DNA of 64,000 nt, from assembly GCA_903862655.1 (NCBI GenBank), contig CAIOZA010000019.1, positions 6,960-70,959 on the forward strand, in the 5' to 3' direction. The notes under the pieces were generated by a model that was given only the letters and a program-made list of their open reading frames with translations, did not search any database and was not told the origin of the DNA. The position numbers and the translations under genes were made by a program. Positions 58,928 to 64,000 of this stretch are shown piece after piece (position 1 is the first letter of the stretch; each line of letters begins with the position of its first letter). Origin of the DNA: an uncultured Ignavibacteria bacterium (GTDB lineage Bacteria; Bacteroidota; Ignavibacteria; Kapaibacteriales; UBA2268).

Positions 58928-60229
58928 TTAATTATTTACTCTTCTCCAAAAAGAAGATGAAAATTTTGGATCAATATATTTTGAGAATTCTTTTACTTCG
59001 GGATAGAAGTGCATAAAATCAGATCCTGACATTCTGGAATCCTTTGCTGGATAGATCACTCCCCTATGTTCCTTAACAATGTCATCTAATGAAGTTAGAA
59101 AATCAAGAGTTCGTTTACCAGTCATCCTGAAATCGATAGCCAGAGTAATACCAGGTCTGGGGAATGATAACATCCCAGGTGATTTAATGTTACCGAATGT
59201 TTTTAAAACTGTCAGGAAAGAAGATAAGCCAGAATGATTAATCCTGGTGAGAATCTCTTTGAGTGCTTCTTTACCATTATTAAATGGTAAAACAAACTGA
59301 TATTGAATGAAACCATTTTTACCATAAGCATTATTCCATTTTCCTACAGCATCTAATGGATAGAAGAATGGCTCGTAATGAATTAATGAATTTAATTTTT
59401 TGTCAAATTGTTTTTGATAATACAGAACATTAAATAGATTAACACTGAGCTCATTTATGAAACTGGATTTGAATGGAAAATCAATTGAATGTTTAGTGTT
59501 GGCATACTTTGGTCCTGATTTTGCAAAATTCCCACTGGAATAAATACCTCTTCCTGATCTGGTTCCGGTTGATGTGCAATCAATCCATGAGACAGTAAAA
59601 TCATTTGTTAGATTGGCAAAATCATTAATTTCAAAGAAATCATTCAAACAATCAAATTTAACAAATTCAGCATCAATCATGCTGGAGTCTATTCTAAATA
59701 ATTTAATTTCAGCCCAGGTGATGATTCCCGTTAATCCAAGTCCACCTATTGTTGCTCTGAATAATTCCTGATTCTCGGAGTTGCTGCAAATTAATCTTTC
59801 ATTAGTAGATCTTAGCAATTCGAAGCAATTTACATGGCAACCGAAGGTACCCATTTTATGATGGTTTTTTCCATGTACATCATTAGCAATTGCTCCTCCT
59901 AATGTTACGAATTTTGTGCCGGGAGTAACAGCAAGAAAAAATCCTTTAGGTACAATTAATTTCAATATTTCATCAAGTGATACTCCTGCTTCAGCTCTTA
60001 GAACACCTTTATCCCAATCAACTGAGATAAATTTGTTCAAACCAGAACAATCGACTAATGTCCCATTTGAATTAAGACAGCTATCACCATAACTACGGCC
60101 TAAACCGAAGGGCAATACATTTCCGATTACGGTTGCTAAATCAGGAGCTTCGTTTATCCAACTATAATTAATGACTTGTTGATATTCAGGGGTCGGATAC
60201 TTACCCCATGATTCATAAATACTTTTCAT
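58928..60229 (-). CDS. dprE1: DprE1 homologue: FAD-dependent decaprenylphospho-beta-D-ribofuranose 2'-oxidase family
   Basis: [11 protein letters not shown] vs Mtb DprE1 [34 protein letters not shown] vs [37 protein letters not shown] vs FWATVGGNGLTGII; C-terminal [25 protein letters not shown] vs (R)[24 protein letters not shown]. Confidence 0.85.
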   Translation of the reverse strand: [433 protein letters not shown]

Positions 60230-60232
60230 AGA

Positions 60233-61690
60233 TTATAAACTCAAAAACAAAAATACAATCATTAGAAGACCCATAAGATAACTCATTTTGTCCTTTGCAG
60301 TGAATACAATAGGATCATTATGCATTTCGCCACGGAAAGTCAGAAGCCACATTCTAGATATCCAGAGTAAAAGAACAAGACCGACAGGTAAAAGTAACTC
60401 AGGTTTCGAGTATAATCTTGTAATCTCAGGACTAAAAATGTATAACATGAAAACCAGAGTTGAGAGATAGCCACTTGTAATTCCCAATGGGAGTAAAAAG
60501 CTCAAATCATTGGTTTGATAACCTCGGCCATCAGTTCTTTGTTCACTGATTTCCTTTAGCGAATAAAGCTCCTGATATCGTTTTATAATTGCCAAACTTA
60601 AAAACAGAAAAATAGAAAAAGCAATCAACCATTTTGAAATTCCTACATTGGAAGTAATTCCGCCTGCTATCAATCTTATTGTATAAAGCAGGGAGAGTAC
60701 CATTATATCGATCAGAATTATTTTTTTTAAGCGAAATGAATATAAGGTTGTTAGCAGGAAATAAATCAGTAGTAAAAGTGAAAAATTATTAGGTAAAAAA
60801 TTAAGAGATAAAAACCAACCTATTATGAATAATACTTTGGCCACAATAAAAACAAGAATTGGATTAAGATTTCCTGAAGCTAATGGCCGACTTTTCTTTA
60901 TAATATTCTTTCTGTCTGATTCAAGATCCACCAAATCATTAATAATATAGACAAAAGATGCAATGAATGAAAAGCTTACAAATCCAATAACATTATTAAA
61001 AATAGAATTGAAATTCTTTATATCATGAGCAAGCAAGAAAGGCAAAAAAATTAGAATATTTTTTATCCACTGATATACTCTAAGCTCCTTGAAAATCTGA
61101 GATAATGAATTTTGCTTTTCATCTGAGTAAATAAAATCAACATTGCCACTTACTTTAATTACTTTATTTTTTAATGATGGAGATGGATTTACCAGATAAC
61201 TTTTTCTACAGCTTTCAAATACTGGCAAATCAGCCGTGCTATCTCCAATATAATCATATCCTTTATGTCCAAATAATTCTTCAAGTTTTCTAGCTTTATT
61301 GTTTGCTCTGTTATTATGATCTCTTTTACTAAAAATGACCTCGTCGAATATTGGTAGATACTCTGATACAGATTTAGCAATATTCTCAGTTGTAGCCGTA
61401 CTTAGAACAATTTTTCTGCCGATTGCCTTATTTTTATTTAATAAGCTTATAACATCAGAATTATAAGGGAATAAGGAAGCATTTAGTTTGGAATGATCAG
61501 TTACAAAATTCTTTAAATGATTCTTTCCTTTTAGAATAAGGAAAGGAATAACAAAGATATTGAATATATTAGATTTAATACATAAAATAGTGGATTCAAA
61601 TATACTATCAATTTTTATAAGAGAGCCATCAAGATCTGTTACCAATGGTATAGATATATCATGACTATTTGTATTATTTATCTGATTCAT
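60233..61690 (-). CDS. Fusion protein: N-terminal HAD-IB-like phosphatase domain plus C-terminal UbiA-family polyprenyl-phosphate 5-phosphoribosyltransferase (DPPR synthase-like)
   Basis: N-terminus has HAD motif I LVTDLDGSL, motif II LSTAT, motif III K...KARKLEELFG and motif IV GDSTADLPV. After a linker, an 8-9 TM UbiA domain with NDLVDLESDRKN (NDxxDxxxD) and a second D-rich region (HNDPIVFTAKDK). Start and stop overlap the neighbouring genes. Confidence 0.8.
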   Translation of the reverse strand: MNQINNTNSHDISIPLVTDLDGSLIKIDSIFESTILCIKSNIFNIFVIPFLILKGKNHLKNFVTDHSKLNASLFPYNSDVISLLNKNKAIGRKIVLSTATTENIAKSVSEYLPIFDEVIFSKRDHNNRANNKARKLEELFGHKGYDYIGDSTADLPVFESCRKSYLVNPSPSLKNKVIKVSGNVDFIYSDEKQNSLSQIFKELRVYQWIKNILIFLPFLLAHDIKNFNSIFNNVIGFVSFSFIASFVYIINDLVDLESDRKNIIKKSRPLASGNLNPILVFIVAKVLFIIGWFLSLNFLPNNFSLLLLIYFLLTTLYSFRLKKIILIDIMVLSLLYTIRLIAGGITSNVGISKWLIAFSIFLFLSLAIIKRYQELYSLKEISEQRTDGRGYQTNDLSFLLPLGITSGYLSTLVFMLYIFSPEITRLYSKPELLLPVGLVLLLWISRMWLLTFRGEMHNDPIVFTAKDKMSYLMGLLMIVFLFLSL

Positions 61691-62823
61691 ATGGTAGTTG
61701 CTATTTTTTTGTCAAATATCTGTAAAGCTACACCAATTACTTGATCCATATTGTAATATTTATAATCTGCAAGTCTCCCAGCAAAAATAACACTTCCGTT
61801 TAATTTGTCAATTTCATTTAAATACTGTTTAAATATTATTTCATTTTCAGGTTTAGGTATTGGATAATAAGGATCATTTTGACCAGGTATGTGGGCCAAA
61901 GAAAACTCCTTTGCTATTACTGTCTTACTAATATCTTTAATTTGGTTTCTATAGAAATGTTTAAACTCGGTGATTCTTGTAAAATCATAGTTATTAGGGT
62001 AATTTACCTGAGATACTTCCTGAAAACTTTCTAGGTTGAATGATTCTAGTTCAAATCTAAGACTTCTATATGGAAGTTGACCATGCACATAGTCAAAAAA
62101 GGAATCAATTGGACCAGTAAAAATAAGCTTATTAAACTTAATATTATTTATATCTGATTTAAATTCAGTGTTGAGCCTAAGTTCAATATTAGGATGATTG
62201 AGCAATTTTTCAAATATTGAAGAATATCCTTCTTTTGGTAATCCCTGATAAATATCCTGAAAGTATCTGTCATCTCGACTAATATTGACAGGAATTCTTG
62301 AAGTTACTGAATGATCCAGTTCTTCTGGTTTGAATTCCCATTGCTTTAAAGTATATCCCAAGAAGATATTTTTATATATGTAATCGGCGAGATAGCTTAA
62401 TTCAGAATTTTGGGAATCCTTAAGCTTTAGAATTGGAATCTTTGTGCCAAAACCATAGGTATTAATTAAAATTTCTTCTAATTTTGAAGCATAATGATTT
62501 GGGAAAACCATGTAAAGTGAGTTCAAATTAAACGGTACAGGAATCTTTAAACCCTCCACAGCTGCCAGGACCTTGTGAAAGTATAATTCCCAGTCAGTAA
62601 ATTGAGATAGATATTCCCAGACTTTGTGATTACTAGTATGAAATATATGAGGCCCATATTTATGAATTAGAATTCCATTAACATCTTTGTAATCGTAGCA
62701 ATTACCACCAAAGTGCTCCCTTTTGTCAATAACAAGTACTTTTTTATTAAGCTGATTTGCTATTCGCTCTGCAAGGACTGAACCGGCCAATCCCGCCCCT
62801 ACTATTAGATAATCATAGTTCAT
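61687..62823 (-). CDS. glf: UDP-galactopyranose mutase
   Basis: MNYDYLIVGAGLAGSVLAERIA...KVLVIDKREHFGGNCYD...IHKYGPHIFHT...YEYNGR-type UGM motifs throughout; 378 aa. Confidence 0.95.
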   Translation of the reverse strand: MNYDYLIVGAGLAGSVLAERIANQLNKKVLVIDKREHFGGNCYDYKDVNGILIHKYGPHIFHTSNHKVWEYLSQFTDWELYFHKVLAAVEGLKIPVPFNLNSLYMVFPNHYASKLEEILINTYGFGTKIPILKLKDSQNSELSYLADYIYKNIFLGYTLKQWEFKPEELDHSVTSRIPVNISRDDRYFQDIYQGLPKEGYSSIFEKLLNHPNIELRLNTEFKSDINNIKFNKLIFTGPIDSFFDYVHGQLPYRSLRFELESFNLESFQEVSQVNYPNNYDFTRITEFKHFYRNQIKDISKTVIAKEFSLAHIPGQNDPYYPIPKPENEIIFKQYLNEIDKLNGSVIFAGRLADYKYYNMDQVIGVALQIFDKKIATTI

Positions 62824-64000
62824 TTTCTAATATAACCTTTAATTTCTTCAACTGACGTTATTTTAAAAAGAAAAATAAATCCTCCAAATAATATAAAAGA
62901 CGCAATAGAAGAAATTATCTCATGAATTTTGAAATAATGATTCAATCCATATCCTCCCAAGCACGAGATGGCTGATATTGCAATACCTTTGAGCAAAGTC
63001 AAAAGAAAAGTAATATTGATTTCGTTTTTGATAATCCTAACCAACCCAAGGAATACCATAAATTCGCTAACAACTGTAGACCAAGCAGCACCAACAGCTC
63101 CATACTTAGGAATCAGAATGAAATTCAGTATGATATTGACTATTGCTCCTGCTCCAATTGCATACATTACTATTTTTTCTTTTTTCCAGGCTACAAGTGG
63201 TGGATAATAGGCTGTATTCATATACATAATTAATACAGTAAGCATCAGAACTTGCAGAACTATTATTGAATCTGTATAATTGCTACCAAAAGCAAATGTA
63301 ATGAAAAAAGATGAAAAAGTAAAAAACAGAAAAGAAAGAAAAGTACCAACATAAAATATAGCCTTAGAATAATTTCTTAAGGCATTTCTTTTTTCATCAA
63401 TAGATTGAGCCCTGGAAACATGCGGAAAAAATGCTAAATTTAATATATAAGATGGAGCAATTACTAATCCAACAAACCTAAATGCTGCAGCATAGATGCC
63501 GGTTTCAGCATCAGACTTCATAAAACCAAGCATTATAATATTCAATGAATTATAAATAGTAATGAAAAAGCTTGAAAACATTATTGGAATTGATGAGGTA
63601 AGAAGTTCTTTCATCATTGACTTATCGATATATAACCTGAGTTTTCCATATATTTTGTTGTATAGAGCCAGCATCCAGATAGCATTGAGTAATGTCGAGA
63701 TTACAGTAATAATCATAGCTGTGACAACATCTGAAGCAGTTTTAACAAGGAAAAGCACACCTATCAAATTCAAAGAGCTTGTCAGAACCTGTCGGATAGC
63801 TAGGATTCCCATTTTTTCGGTACCCTGATAAACCCAATCCATCATTATAGCCTGTGAAAATAAATTCACACCGGAAATAATTATCACAAGTTTTACTTCA
63901 AATGGTTTATCAATTAGCACGGCAAAGATAACCATAGCTACACAGGAGAAGATTGCGAGGATTAATCTATAAGTTGTTATCTGATCGGCGTATTTTTTTA
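62820..64000 (-). CDS. wzx: Wzx-like polysaccharide flippase (MOP superfamily), partial; the N-terminus lies beyond the window
   Basis: Polytopic membrane protein with the MOP/PST flippase arrangement. The reading frame stays open to the window edge (upstream residues ...KKYADQITTYRLILAIFSCVAMV...). Its stop overlaps the glf start (ATGA). Confidence 0.7.
   Translation of the reverse strand, partial: KKYADQITTYRLILAIFSCVAMVIFAVLIDKPFEVKLVIIISGVNLFSQAIMMDWVYQGTEKMGILAIRQVLTSSLNLIGVLFLVKTASDVVTAMIITVISTLLNAIWMLALYNKIYGKLRLYIDKSMMKELLTSSIPIMFSSFFITIYNSLNIIMLGFMKSDAETGIYAAAFRFVGLVIAPSYILNLAFFPHVSRAQSIDEKRNALRNYSKAIFYVGTFLSFLFFTFSSFFITFAFGSNYTDSIIVLQVLMLTVLIMYMNTAYYPPLVAWKKEKIVMYAIGAGAIVNIILNFILIPKYGAVGAAWSTVVSEFMVFLGLVRIIKNEINITFLLTLLKGIAISAISCLGGYGLNHYFKIHEIISSIASFILFGGFIFLFKITSVEEIKGYIRK

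Overview
Low-GC (about 33%) chromosomal window from a bacterium that looks like the Bacteroidota / Ignavibacteriota / Chlorobi (FCB) group. Evidence: several proteins end in type IX secretion (T9SS) C-terminal sorting domains, there is a PorX-like receiver-PglZ regulator, a Bacteroides-type three-subunit SdhCAB, and a Bacteroidetes-type GlmM. Most of the window is housekeeping. It holds the nuoG-H-I tail of complex I, ruvA, argD, a feoA-feoB-dtxR iron operon, pyrG, tmRNA next to radC and RNase R, plsY-gpsA, an SPFH/NfeD pair, a kbl-tdh threonine degradation operon, asnB, pdxJ, glmM and sdhCAB. Cell-surface and glycan genes are interleaved: two tandem paralogous ~1070-aa BNR/Asp-box beta-propeller T9SS cargo proteins, a duplicated GT2-TPR glycosyltransferase, an 8x IPT/TIG-FISUMP secreted protein, a minimal T9SS-CTD peptide, an O-antigen-ligase-like protein and a DUF2723 (TMEM260-like) GT-C protein. 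The standout is a tightly packed minus-strand operon at 57.3-64.0 kb. It encodes a Wzx flippase (partial), UDP-galactopyranose mutase, a HAD-phosphatase::UbiA-family phosphoribosyltransferase fusion, a DprE1 homologue, a DprE2 homologue and an EamA transporter. Together these are a complete actinobacterial-type decaprenyl-phospho-D-arabinofuranose (DPA) donor pathway, plus Galf synthesis, in a non-actinobacterial T9SS-bearing genome. All calls come from reading the translated ORFs and the DNA by eye; no database searches were run.
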